A DNA stretch of 64,000 nucleotides from Chloroflexia bacterium (GTDB lineage: Bacteria; Chloroflexota; Chloroflexia; QHBQ01; JADMIH01): the NCBI GenBank assembly GCA_038203825.1, contig JBBRDO010000013.1, positions 265 to 64,264 of the forward strand. Direction: 5' to 3'. The position numbers were made by a program, and so were the translations under genes. Under the pieces are notes generated by a model that made no database searches, was not told the DNA's origin, and saw nothing but the letters and a program-made list of their open reading frames with translations. The first letter of the stretch is position 1, and the number at the start of each line of letters is the position of its first letter. This document shows, one piece after another, positions 36,894 through 45,354 of the stretch.

Positions 36894-37318
36894 GTGGCGA
36901 TACCGGCAGAGCCAGGCACAGATGAGGATGGGAGCCGGGCATGGCGTGCCCAGCACCTGCGGGACCACCTGGCCAATGAGCGCACTTTGCTGTCATGGAT
37001 AAGGCTGGGTCTCAGCCTGACGGCACTCGGCTTTGTGATTGCCCGCTTCGGGCTCTTCCTTGAGCAACTGGTCACCGGCGGGCAGGTGACGGCAGGTACG
37101 CCGCCTCAGTGCCTGTGGGTGTGGGGCTTGTGCTGCTGGGGCCCACGCTCGCTGCTGTGGCCACCAGGCGCTTCTTCCTTACCGAGCGCGAAATTGACAC
37201 TGAGCAGGCGCAGACGCGCTATGGCTTGCTGTATGCGATCCGGGGCGCAGTGGCGCTAACGGGCCTGGTGCTGGCGGCCTACCTCCTGTACGTGTGGTTC
37301 ACGCTCGGGCCGGCCTAG
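36894..37318 (+). pseudogene. DUF202/YidH-family membrane protein split by an apparent 1-nt frameshift near 37105
   Basis: ORF 36894 carries RDHLANERTLLSWIRLGLSLTALGFVIARFG (DUF202 motif plus TM1). TM2 and TM3 (VGVGLVLLGPTLAAVATRRF...AVALTGLVLAAYLLYVWF) continue in the +1 frame ORF 37109-37318. Confidence 0.6.
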
Positions 37319-37735
37319 CGGTGGGTAGGCAGAAGGGACGCAATGTGGCGTTACGTGTTTCTTTAACCGCCTGTATCGGTAGGACCCCTAGGGTTATTTT
37401 TTCTGTGGATGTTTTGCCGGCGGCGTCTTAGCAGGGGCCGGACGTACTCACGTGCACTGAATATTCACGGCAGGTCGCGGCATGTTAGGCTTTTCATGCT
37501 GTGCACACCTGTGTATACCCGAATTGCCACCTACATCCGCCATACTGCCGGGGCTTGTTCTAAATAACGGCAGGTCGGGCGTGGTTCGATGCTTGCGGGT
37601 TTACGAAGCTCCCAGTTTATACAGTATCTGCTCACGTTCTCCATCAACTCTCCATAAGTGCCTGCTAAACTGGAATCAGACAGCCGGAAAGAGAGGCTGA
37701 TTCCAAACCAAGGGTAAATGAGAAAGGGGAATAGG

Positions 37736-38386
37736 ATGAAGACCAGGATCTTTGCAGCGATAACAGGGTTGGCGGCATTACTGCTTGCCGCGATAGCGAT
37801 AGTACCGGGCGTGTTTGCTCAGGCTTCCACACCTGTTGCACCTGCTGCGCCGTCGACAGCCCAGGGCAACGACAATGCGGGCAACGGACCCGGAAACGGC
37901 TACGGCATGGGGAACCACATGAACAACGGGGCGGGTATGGGCGCCGGCATGGGCACGATGATGGGCGGAGCAGGCAACTCGCTCATTGACGTCGCTGCCG
38001 ACAAGCTGGGAATGACCCGCACCGACCTTGTGACAGCTCTTGGCGGCACCAAGAGCATCGCGCAGGTGGCGGGGGAGCATAACGTGGCGGCGAGCACTAT
38101 AGTCGATGCCTTTATCGCCCCCAGGACCGATAGGCTGGACGCGATGGTGACCGCAGGGACGTTGACCCGCGCACAGGCTGACCAGATGCTGGCTACGATG
38201 CGGACGCAGGTCACCGAGCAGATAAACGAAGTCTGGACCGCAAAGGGCGCGGGCCCCGGCACAGGTTACGTTGACAGCGACGGAGACGGCGTATGCGATA
38301 ACATGCCCGGCACCGGTAATGCGAACGGCAATGGCAGTGGCAATGGCAACCGGATGCATGGACCCGGCATGGGGCCCAACCGGTAA
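37736..38386 (+). CDS. Secreted Gly/Met/Asn-rich protein of unknown function
   Basis: Signal peptide MKTRIFAAITGLAALLLAAIAIVPGVFAQA. Both ends are low complexity (GNGYGMGNHMNNGAGMGAGMGTMMGG ... NGNGSGNGNRMHGPGMGP), with a helical core in between. GGGGA lies upstream of the ATG at 37736. Confidence 0.75.
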   Translation: MKTRIFAAITGLAALLLAAIAIVPGVFAQASTPVAPAAPSTAQGNDNAGNGPGNGYGMGNHMNNGAGMGAGMGTMMGGAGNSLIDVAADKLGMTRTDLVTALGGTKSIAQVAGEHNVAASTIVDAFIAPRTDRLDAMVTAGTLTRAQADQMLATMRTQVTEQINEVWTAKGAGPGTGYVDSDGDGVCDNMPGTGNANGNGSGNGNRMHGPGMGPNR

Positions 38387-38503
38387 GAGCGTCAAACACG
38401 GAAGTGCCGGTGACGTAGGCTCGTTGGCAGATGGAGGGTGTAACGCCCACCATCTGCCCTCGGGCGTTCAGCAAGAACACTGGAAATCTCGAACAGGCAT
38501 AAT

Positions 38504-39226
38504 ATGACACAGCGCATACTCGTAGTGGATGATGACAGGCAAATTGTGCGGCTCGTCGGCTCTTACCTTGAGCAGGCGGGCTTTCAGGTGCTCACCGCTT
38601 ACGACGGCGAGACGGCGCTGCGAGAGGCACGCAGCAGCCGCCCGGACCTTATCGTGCTCGACCTCATGCTGCCTGACCGGGACGGCTGGGAGGTAACGCG
38701 CTCAATTAGGGCGGATGCGTCTATCGAAGGCACGCCTATCATCATGCTCACGGCGCGAGTAGACGACACCGACAAGATCGTGGGGTTGGAGGTGGGCGCC
38801 GACGACTATATCACTAAGCCGTTCAACCCACGCGAGGTGGTGGCCCGGGTGCGGGCAGTGCTGCGCCGCTCAGCAGATATCCCCGTGCGTGAGCCGACGC
38901 TCAGAATGGGGGAGATCGCCATGGACCTGGACCGCCACGAGGTCAGGGTCGGAGAGACTATGGTTGAGCTCACGCCCGCCGAGTTTGGCCTGCTCAAGAC
39001 ATTTATGGAGAACCCGAGGCACGCTTTCACTCGCTCGCAACTTATAGATAAGGGGCTGGGGGACAGGTATGAAGGCATGGAGCGCACAGTCGACAGCCAT
39101 ATCAAGAACCTGCGCAGAAAGATAGAGCCTGATCCCACCCGGCCCACTTATATCCACTCTGTGTTCGGAGTGGGATACAGGTTGGACGTTGAGGAACCTG
39201 TGCCCGGAAAGAGTAGAGCAGTATGA
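38504..39226 (+). CDS. OmpR-family response regulator
   Basis: Receiver ILVVDDD...LIVLDLMLPDRDG...KPF plus winged helix LTPAEFGLLKTFMENPRHAFTRSQL...VFGVGYRL. Confidence 0.9.
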   Translation: MTQRILVVDDDRQIVRLVGSYLEQAGFQVLTAYDGETALREARSSRPDLIVLDLMLPDRDGWEVTRSIRADASIEGTPIIMLTARVDDTDKIVGLEVGADDYITKPFNPREVVARVRAVLRRSADIPVREPTLRMGEIAMDLDRHEVRVGETMVELTPAEFGLLKTFMENPRHAFTRSQLIDKGLGDRYEGMERTVDSHIKNLRRKIEPDPTRPTYIHSVFGVGYRLDVEEPVPGKSRAV

Positions 39227-40761
39227 ACGCATTAAATGCATTATGGGTACGATTGACAATCGCGTTCACGGCTGCGACGCTGGTCAGCATAGCTATGGTG
39301 GCCCTGGTGGCCAACAGCCAGGTAAGCACCGATTTTCGCCAATTCTACGTGCACAGCCAGGTCCAACAGTCGGGACTTGTGGAGCAGTTGGGACAGTATT
39401 ACGGCCGGAATGGAGGCTGGAAGGGAGTGGACAGTGCCTTCGCGGGGGCCGGTGGTGGGCAGGGGGCGGGGCAAGGAATGGGCCAGGGGATGGGCCAGGG
39501 CATGATGTACGGCGCGCCGGGCTATGTTTTGCTCGATGCTAGCAGAAGCACAGTCTACAGCACCACGGGCAACGGGAACGGGGGGAACAGCACACCCCCA
39601 ACCCAGGCCGAGCTTAATGATGCGCTGCCAATCATGTGGCGGGAGCAGACCGTGGGATACCTGGTAGTGCATTCGCCCGGGCGCAGCGACATGGGCATGA
39701 GCGCGCCGGCCGAACAATTCCTGGCTCAGGTCAACACATCGCTCTGGCAGGCCGCGCTGTTCGCCGTGGCACTGGCAGTGGTGCTGGGGCTTGTGATAGC
39801 GCGCGGGCTGGCGGCACCATTACAGCGCCTGGCAGCAGCGGCGAGGAGAATTTCGGGTGGTAAACTGGACTTGCGGGTGTCAACCGGTGGACCTATAGGG
39901 GGCACGCGCGAAGTGGCCGACCTTGCACTGGCGTTCAACGATATGGCGCAAGACCTGCACGAAGCCGAGCAGCTGCGCCGGAACATGGTGGCCGACATCG
40001 CTCATGAGCTGCGCACGCCGCTGACTGTGCTTCAGGGTAACCTGCAGGCGATCCTGGACGGGGTTTACCCGCTGGACAGGAGCGAGATCGCGGCTATCCA
40101 CGATGAGACACTCATGTTGAGCAGGCTGGTAGGCGACCTGCACGAACTGGCACAGGCTGAAGCCGGAACGCTGGAGCTCGATATACAGCCCGTCGATATC
40201 GCGGCTCTTGTGGAGAATGTGGTGGCACTGTTCCAGGAAGCGGCAGCCCGTAAGGAAATCACTCTGGAGGCAGATATCCCGGAGCAAGGGGCCACGGCTC
40301 TTGCCGATGCGGATCGCACGCGGCAGGTGATACACAATTTATTGGCAAACGCCCTGCAGCACACACCGGCGGGCGGCAGGATCATGGTGAAGGTAGCCCG
40401 TTCGCGGCTGCAGGGCGCAGAGACGCCGCAAAGACTGGAGCACGACAAAGCCGCTGCCAGCCTCATCGAAACTGTAGAAGTATCGGTGGCGGATACAGGC
40501 GTGGGCCTATCAGCGGAGGAGTTGCCCCACGTGTTTGACCGCTTCTGGCGAGCCGACAGATCACGGTCGCGAGAGCGTGGGGGGTCGGGCCTGGGCCTCG
40601 CGATTGCTCGCTACCTGGTGGAAGGGCAGGGAGGGCGCATTGGTGTGGAGAGCGAGGTAGGCAAGGGCAGCCGCTTCCGATTCTCGCTTCCCGCTGTTAG
40701 GAGCGGTATACCCCCGGCCAGCGGTGCAAGGTTCACTGTCGTAGATGCGCAGATGGCATAG
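39223..40761 (+). CDS. Sensor histidine kinase (TM - Gly/Met-rich periplasmic loop - TM - HAMP - HisKA - HATPase_c)
   Basis: H-box MVADIAHELRTPLTVLQGNL, N-box LLANALQHT, G-boxes DTGVGL and GSGLGLAIA. The sensor loop contains GGGQGAGQGMGQGMGQGMMYGAPG. Confidence 0.9.
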   Translation: MNALNALWVRLTIAFTAATLVSIAMVALVANSQVSTDFRQFYVHSQVQQSGLVEQLGQYYGRNGGWKGVDSAFAGAGGGQGAGQGMGQGMGQGMMYGAPGYVLLDASRSTVYSTTGNGNGGNSTPPTQAELNDALPIMWREQTVGYLVVHSPGRSDMGMSAPAEQFLAQVNTSLWQAALFAVALAVVLGLVIARGLAAPLQRLAAAARRISGGKLDLRVSTGGPIGGTREVADLALAFNDMAQDLHEAEQLRRNMVADIAHELRTPLTVLQGNLQAILDGVYPLDRSEIAAIHDETLMLSRLVGDLHELAQAEAGTLELDIQPVDIAALVENVVALFQEAAARKEITLEADIPEQGATALADADRTRQVIHNLLANALQHTPAGGRIMVKVARSRLQGAETPQRLEHDKAAASLIETVEVSVADTGVGLSAEELPHVFDRFWRADRSRSRERGGSGLGLAIARYLVEGQGGRIGVESEVGKGSRFRFSLPAVRSGIPPASGARFTVVDAQMA

Positions 40762-40867
40762 CCAGGGACGCTATGCAAGGAACGGCAGCACACGGGGCAG
40801 GCTAGCTCGACAATGCATAGAGCACAAGAACCCATGTAACCGTTTCCCTTCGATTTGCATCTAACTA

Positions 40868-41569
40868 TTGAGCGAAGGGATGGCCGTAACAGGACAGGCC
40901 AAGAGGAATAAGGAACTGGACACTCCCTGGGAAATAGAGCTTAGCGTGTATGACGACGAGTCCCAGCTACTGGAGGGGCTGCGGAAGCGGGACCGCTTTG
41001 CCTGCACATGCCTGCTGAAGCGCTTCATGCCCCGCCTGTACCGCGTTGCACTACAGGTTACCGGCAACTCGGACGACGCCCAGGATGTCCTGCAAGAGAG
41101 CTTCATCAAAGCCTGCAATCATATAGAAGGCTTCGACGGGCGCAGCGAGTTAGGGACCTGGATATACAGGATCGTGCTGAATACCGCGCTGATGCACCTG
41201 CGCAAGCGCAGAAGCGATGTGGTGTCGTTGCCGAATTCGACAGACGACGGCAATGAAGAGCAGTCGGCGCTTGTAGAGCAGCTGCCCGCGCCGGGTAATG
41301 CTCCCTCCGACCGGTTGCTGGACGGTGAGCTACGTGAAAAGCTGGACCAGGCGATAATGCTGCTTCCCGACAGCCTGCGAGCGGCGTTCGTGCTTCGCGA
41401 TATCGAGGAGCTGAGCACAAAAGAGGCTGCCGCAGCGCTCGGCATCGGCGAGGGTGCTCTGAAAGTTCGCTTGCATCGTGCTCGGTTGGCGTTGCGCGAG
41501 ATGCTGGCGGCATACATCTCTGAGAATGGCGCGCCGGAGCAGACGAAAATAGGGGCGAACGAAAAATGA
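40868..41569 (+). CDS. ECF-type sigma-70 family RNA polymerase sigma factor
   Basis: Region 2 is DDAQDVLQESFIKACNHIEGFDGRSELGTWIYRIVLNTALMHLRKR. Region 4 is LPDSLRAAFVLRDIEELSTKEAAAALGIGEGALKVRLHRARLALREML. The start is either TTG 40868 or ATG 40880. Confidence 0.9.
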   Translation: MSEGMAVTGQAKRNKELDTPWEIELSVYDDESQLLEGLRKRDRFACTCLLKRFMPRLYRVALQVTGNSDDAQDVLQESFIKACNHIEGFDGRSELGTWIYRIVLNTALMHLRKRRSDVVSLPNSTDDGNEEQSALVEQLPAPGNAPSDRLLDGELREKLDQAIMLLPDSLRAAFVLRDIEELSTKEAAAALGIGEGALKVRLHRARLALREMLAAYISENGAPEQTKIGANEK

Positions 41570-42381
41570 TGGCGACAAATGCAGACAATATACAGAATGC
41601 AGGCAGCGAGGACGCCAAGGTGCCCTGCGAGCGGGCATTGGAGTTGCTTGCAAGGTTGAATAAGGCGGGCGCGGAAGCCGACGGCGCGGTAATACAGGAG
41701 ATCGTCGACCATTTTGACCGCTGCGCAAGGTGCCTCAAGGAAGAAGAGATAGTGGACGAATTGGTTTCCGGATACAGGGCGTTCGGTTCGTCGACTGGCC
41801 TGGACATACCTGCGGGCCTGGAGCAGCGATTGCTTGAAGCGGTGTGTGGCAAGTACAGTGAAGTTGGCCAGGCCAGCCGGTTTGGCAGCCATATAGAAAG
41901 TGAGACTACAATGAGCACGAATACTACAGAAAACAGAGAGAACACCGGGACAGTAAAGGGAGCAGAGACACCGCACCGGTACGGCTTTGGCGTCAGCCTG
42001 GACATGCCGATAGAAGAGGCAATTGAGCATGTCACTGCGGCGCTCAAGGAGGAAGGCTTCGGGGTGCTCACGACCATAGACGTGAGGCAGACGATGAAGC
42101 AAAAGCTAGACATCGACTTCGAGCCATACTACATATTGGGCGCCTGCAATCCACGGCTGGCATACCGCGCCCTGGAGACGGTTCACGATATCGGCCTGCT
42201 GTTGCCCTGCAACGTTATAGTGCACGCACACGGCGAGCAGACGCGGGTGGAAATAGCTGACCCTATGGAGATGATGGGCATCGTGCAAAATGAAGCGCTG
42301 GCGAGCATTGCCCTGGAGGCTCGCTCAAAGCTGAAGGCGGCACTCGCCCGGTTGTCCGGCCCTGGGGGCAGGGGCGTGTGA
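41566..42381 (+). CDS. Soluble zf-HC2 (HxxxCxxC) anti-sigma domain fused to a C-terminal DUF302 domain
   Basis: ATGA start/stop overlap with the sigma gene. The N-terminus is VPCERALELL...IVDHFDRCARCLKEEE, and there is no TM segment. The C-terminus YGFGVSLDMPIEEAIEHVTAALKEEGFGVLTTIDVRQTMKQKLDIDFEPYYILGACNPRLAYRAL...LLLPCNVIVHA matches DUF302 as I remember it. Confidence 0.8.
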   Translation: MMATNADNIQNAGSEDAKVPCERALELLARLNKAGAEADGAVIQEIVDHFDRCARCLKEEEIVDELVSGYRAFGSSTGLDIPAGLEQRLLEAVCGKYSEVGQASRFGSHIESETTMSTNTTENRENTGTVKGAETPHRYGFGVSLDMPIEEAIEHVTAALKEEGFGVLTTIDVRQTMKQKLDIDFEPYYILGACNPRLAYRALETVHDIGLLLPCNVIVHAHGEQTRVEIADPMEMMGIVQNEALASIALEARSKLKAALARLSGPGGRGV

Positions 42382-42445
42382 AGCACCAACTGTGCGCCCG
42401 TTCAACAAAGAAGAAGAGTTCATAATAAAGGAGAAATATAGAAGA

Positions 42446-42868
42446 ATGGATACGAACAACACACAGACTATGGAATCTACAGCGGCCACTGCGGCCAACG
42501 GCAAGGTAAATATGGTCACGGACGATAATTTCGTTGAAGACGTACTGGAGTCGGGCGCGCCGGTGCTGGTTGATTTCTGGGCGCCTTGGTGCGGACCGTG
42601 CAAGTTGATGGGGCCGGTGTTCGCAGACTTAGCCCCCGAGTACGAGGGGAAGGTGCGTTTCGCCAAGCTCGACGTTGACGATAACCCGCAGGTGGCCGGG
42701 GCCCTGCGAATAGAGAGCATCCCGACGTTCATGCTCATCTCGGGCAAGACGGTCTACGCTCAAGGGATGGGCGCTATGCGTCCAAACGACCTGCGCCGGT
42801 GGATCGACGAAGGTCTGAAGCACATGGCAAGCGCACAGACGAGTGAGCCGGGGCAGAGCGAGTCTTAG
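42446..42868 (+). CDS. trxA: Thioredoxin
   Basis: VLVDFWAPWCGPCK active site and the thioredoxin fold pattern. The start is uncertain (ATG 42446 or GTG 42392). Confidence 0.9.
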   Translation: MDTNNTQTMESTAATAANGKVNMVTDDNFVEDVLESGAPVLVDFWAPWCGPCKLMGPVFADLAPEYEGKVRFAKLDVDDNPQVAGALRIESIPTFMLISGKTVYAQGMGAMRPNDLRRWIDEGLKHMASAQTSEPGQSES

Positions 42869-42900
42869 CGAGTTCAGGAGACCAGTGTTCTGAAACAAAT

Positions 42901-42962
42901 GGCGGGGAGTGCAGGCCTGCACTCCCCGCCCCGTGCTCCCCGCCCCGTGCTCCCCGCCCCGC
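42901..42962 (+). terminator. 15-bp-stem palindromic hairpin followed by a 14-nt tandem duplication
   Basis: ggcggggagtgcagg/cctgcactccccgcc (42901-42930). The motif cccgccccgtgctc is then repeated (about 42921-42962). Confidence 0.6.
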
Positions 42963-43042
42963 GGTCGACGTGCGCCCTGTCCGGTATTGGTTGTACACTG
43001 GGGAGAGAAGTGACCGGCTATGCGTGACGGGGAGACAGTACC

Positions 43043-43501
43043 ATGCAGGATGAACCTGACAACCAGGATGCAACCAATGTAACGGGATCTGCGGGGGCCG
43101 AATCGCAGGCGGGGAGCGCTACTGGCCAGCGCAGTAAGTATGGCTACGAGCGGATGCAGCAGCTTACAGTTTACATCAGCGAAACCGACCACTACGCAGG
43201 GAAGCCTCTTTTCCTCAGCATCCTTGAACTGGCGAAGCAGCACGACGCGGCGGGAGCTACGGTTCTCAAGGGCCTTGCCGGCTACAGTGCTTCGAGCCAC
43301 AGGATACAGACCGTAGGTTTCGCTGATCTACAACAGAAATTGCCTTTAGTGATCCTCATAGTGGATGCTGCCTGGCGTGTTGAGACTATGCTACCGCTAC
43401 TGGAAGCGATGGTGAGCGTGAATGGTGGGCTGATAACCGTGCAGGATCTGGAGGCCCACCGCTATATGCACCCCAGTTTACCCGGACGAAACCGCCGATA
43501 G
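43043..43501 (+). CDS. DUF190 (UPF0166, PII-like) protein
   Basis: LTVYISETDHYAGKPLFLSILELAKQHDAAGATVLKGLAGY...LPLVILIVD pattern. The ~38-aa N-terminal extension is low complexity, so the start is uncertain. Confidence 0.7.
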   Translation: MQDEPDNQDATNVTGSAGAESQAGSATGQRSKYGYERMQQLTVYISETDHYAGKPLFLSILELAKQHDAAGATVLKGLAGYSASSHRIQTVGFADLQQKLPLVILIVDAAWRVETMLPLLEAMVSVNGGLITVQDLEAHRYMHPSLPGRNRR

Positions 43502-43586
43502 GGTAGACGGTACGCTGGCGATTCTCAGCGATGCGCCCCGACATTGTATCCCCCGAGCGTGTCTGTCGCCAGGCAGGCTTTTGCGC

Positions 43587-43615
43587 TTGACATTCACGAA
43601 CATTCGTACTATTGT
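43587..43615 (+). promoter_or_regulatory. Sigma-70 promoter placing the transcription start at the ATG (leaderless mRNA)
   Basis: TTGACA (43587-43592), 17-nt spacer, TATTGT (43610-43615), then 6 nt to the ATG at 43622. There is no Shine-Dalgarno sequence. Confidence 0.5.
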
Positions 43616-43621
43616 TAGCAC

Positions 43622-44503
43622 ATGGGAGCAAGCATAAACGCTCAGGTGAAACCGCGGCAAGCGGTCAGGGTGAGCGCACTGGCAAGCGGGAGTTCGGGCA
43701 ACGCATACCTGGTGGAAGCCGCAGGGATCAAGTTGCTTTTCGACGCAGGGCTGAACGCCTACAGACTTGAAGGGTACATCAGGAGCCTGGGCGTATCGAT
43801 TGCCGAGCTATCGGCGATCTTCATCACCCATGAGCACATAGACCATATTCGCGGGGCCGGTATGCTGGCCCGGCGCTACGGGTTGCCTGTGGTCGCTACG
43901 CCGGGCACGTTTGCTGCAGGGGCGTTCCAGATGGGCAGGCTGGCTGAGAAGGTTGAACTGCCGGGCGGCAGCGAGATTAATGTCGGGAAGGTGACGGTGC
44001 GCAGCTTTGCGATCTCGCACGATGCAGCCGAGCCGTGCGGCTTCTGGATCGAAGCAGGGGGCTGGAACATCGTCCTCTGCACAGACCTCGGCTGCGAAAC
44101 AGAGTCTATTCGCGAGCCTCTACGGGCCGCCGACCTGCTGGTGTTGGAGGCCAACCACGACCTGGAGCGGCTGTGGCGGGGCCGTTACCCTCCTGCTCTT
44201 AAGAAGCGAGTGGCAGGCCCCCATGGACACCTGTCGAACGCGGACGCCTCCAGGCTGGTGTTTGATCTTGCGGCTGACGGCGTAAGCCGCCGCCGCCGCC
44301 GCACCGTGTGGCTCGCCCATCTATCGGCCGCCAACAACACGCCCGGCATAGCCCTCGATGCGGTGAATGAGCCGCTGAAGAGGGAAGGGTGCACAGACTT
44401 CGAGGTCGCGGTGCTGGCGAGGGATAGGCCCAGCCATGTCTGGCAGGATTGGTGCTATCCCGGCGAGGAAGATGGGGTGGAAGAGGTTGAGAGTAGCGCG
44501 TGA
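43622..44503 (+). CDS. MBL-fold metallo-hydrolase
   Basis: THEHIDHIRG (HxHxDH) motif and a beta-lactamase-fold pattern. Confidence 0.85.
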   Translation: MGASINAQVKPRQAVRVSALASGSSGNAYLVEAAGIKLLFDAGLNAYRLEGYIRSLGVSIAELSAIFITHEHIDHIRGAGMLARRYGLPVVATPGTFAAGAFQMGRLAEKVELPGGSEINVGKVTVRSFAISHDAAEPCGFWIEAGGWNIVLCTDLGCETESIREPLRAADLLVLEANHDLERLWRGRYPPALKKRVAGPHGHLSNADASRLVFDLAADGVSRRRRRTVWLAHLSAANNTPGIALDAVNEPLKREGCTDFEVAVLARDRPSHVWQDWCYPGEEDGVEEVESSA

Positions 44504-44880
44504 ACATCGTCCTGGACCGGATACGCTACATCAACAAGCACACCCTCAACCGCCTGATGCTGAGGATCGCAGGCAGAAACCGGCTACCTTTCGCCGTTAT
44601 TTATCACACCGGCCGCCGCAGTGAAAAGCCCTACCGAACCCCGATTCTGGTGGAACCTCTTGGCCGCGCATTCGTGGTCGCGCTCACGTATGGGCCGGAG
44701 ACTGACTGGTATCGCAACGCGCTGGCAGCAGGGAAGTATAGCATCCTGTGGCACCGTAAGAAGTACCACATGCAGCAAGTGGAGCTTGTGGGCGCGGAGA
44801 CAGCCCTGCCCGCCTTCCCATTGCTTGCACGGCTAGCCCTGCGGGCATTGGGGATTCGGCATTTCGCGAGATTGCGGTAA
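44500..44880 (+). CDS. Small deazaflavin-dependent nitroreductase-like (DDN/split-barrel) protein
   Basis: HTGRRSEKPYRTPILVEPLGRAFVVALTYGPETDWYRNALAAG resembles the DDN family core as I recall it. GTGA start/stop overlap with the MBL gene. Confidence 0.5.
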   Translation: MNIVLDRIRYINKHTLNRLMLRIAGRNRLPFAVIYHTGRRSEKPYRTPILVEPLGRAFVVALTYGPETDWYRNALAAGKYSILWHRKKYHMQQVELVGAETALPAFPLLARLALRALGIRHFARLR

Positions 44881-44987
44881 ATACCTGGGCAGGGTACTTA
44901 TGCACGAAATCTCACCTTGCTAGCTATACCGCATTGCGGCATAATGAGATTGAATGAAGATCATCTATTCTACAATAGGGCGAGAAG

Positions 44988-45287
44988 ATGACTAAACTCG
45001 GTGAAGAACTGATTGGGGCGATGGAAAAGATGGTCGCGCATAGTAAGGGTGAGAAGAAGCTGCATCAGCGTGTAGTGAAGAGCGCGCCCGCAGTAGTCGA
45101 TGTGGCAGCTATTCGTAAGCACATCGGCCTTTCTCAGCGTGAATTCGCCGAGCGTTATGGCTTTCGAGTGCGAGCCATTCAGGAGTGGGAACAGCACCGA
45201 CGCCAACCTGAACGCGCTGCACGCATCCTGCTCAAGATCATTGAAAAAAGGCCGGAAGCCGTCGAGGAAGTGCTGGAGTTAGCATAA
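44988..45287 (+). CDS. XRE-type HTH protein (antitoxin-like, COG2944/MqsA-like), no partner toxin nearby
   Basis: IRKHIGLSQREFAERYGFRVRAIQEWEQHRRQPERAARILLKII is the HTH_XRE pattern. Confidence 0.7.
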   Translation: MTKLGEELIGAMEKMVAHSKGEKKLHQRVVKSAPAVVDVAAIRKHIGLSQREFAERYGFRVRAIQEWEQHRRQPERAARILLKIIEKRPEAVEEVLELA

Positions 45288-45354
45288 GGTATTTGGCTGC
45301 CCCTACTATGTACGCTTAGTAGCACAGACCTCACACCCCAGTCAGGAGTACACT

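Noticed and set aside
40836-40864. ECF-type promoter GTAAC...TCTAA upstream of the sigma gene as a firm feature
   Set aside because: The spacing and -10 are only loosely ECF-like, and the predicted start would leave almost no leader. I kept it only as a search seed within the sigma-factor finding.
41106-42113. Two overlapping ~330-aa minus-strand ORFs (41106-42113 and 41119-42102)
   Set aside because: They are antisense to the sigma and anti-sigma genes. The translations are Ser/Arg/Ala-rich and low complexity, with no family signature.
42963-43042. Possible fluoride (crcB-motif) riboswitch upstream of the DUF190 gene
   Set aside because: DUF190 genes often accompany crcB. However, I could not find the conserved GGCGATG...CTGATG core here, and there is no crcB gene nearby.
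43596-43609. CGAACATTCGT in the MBL promoter spacer as a second LexA box
   Set aside because: It has only one GAAC half and the spacing is wrong (GAAC-ATTC). It is not a GAAC-N4-GTTC palindrome.
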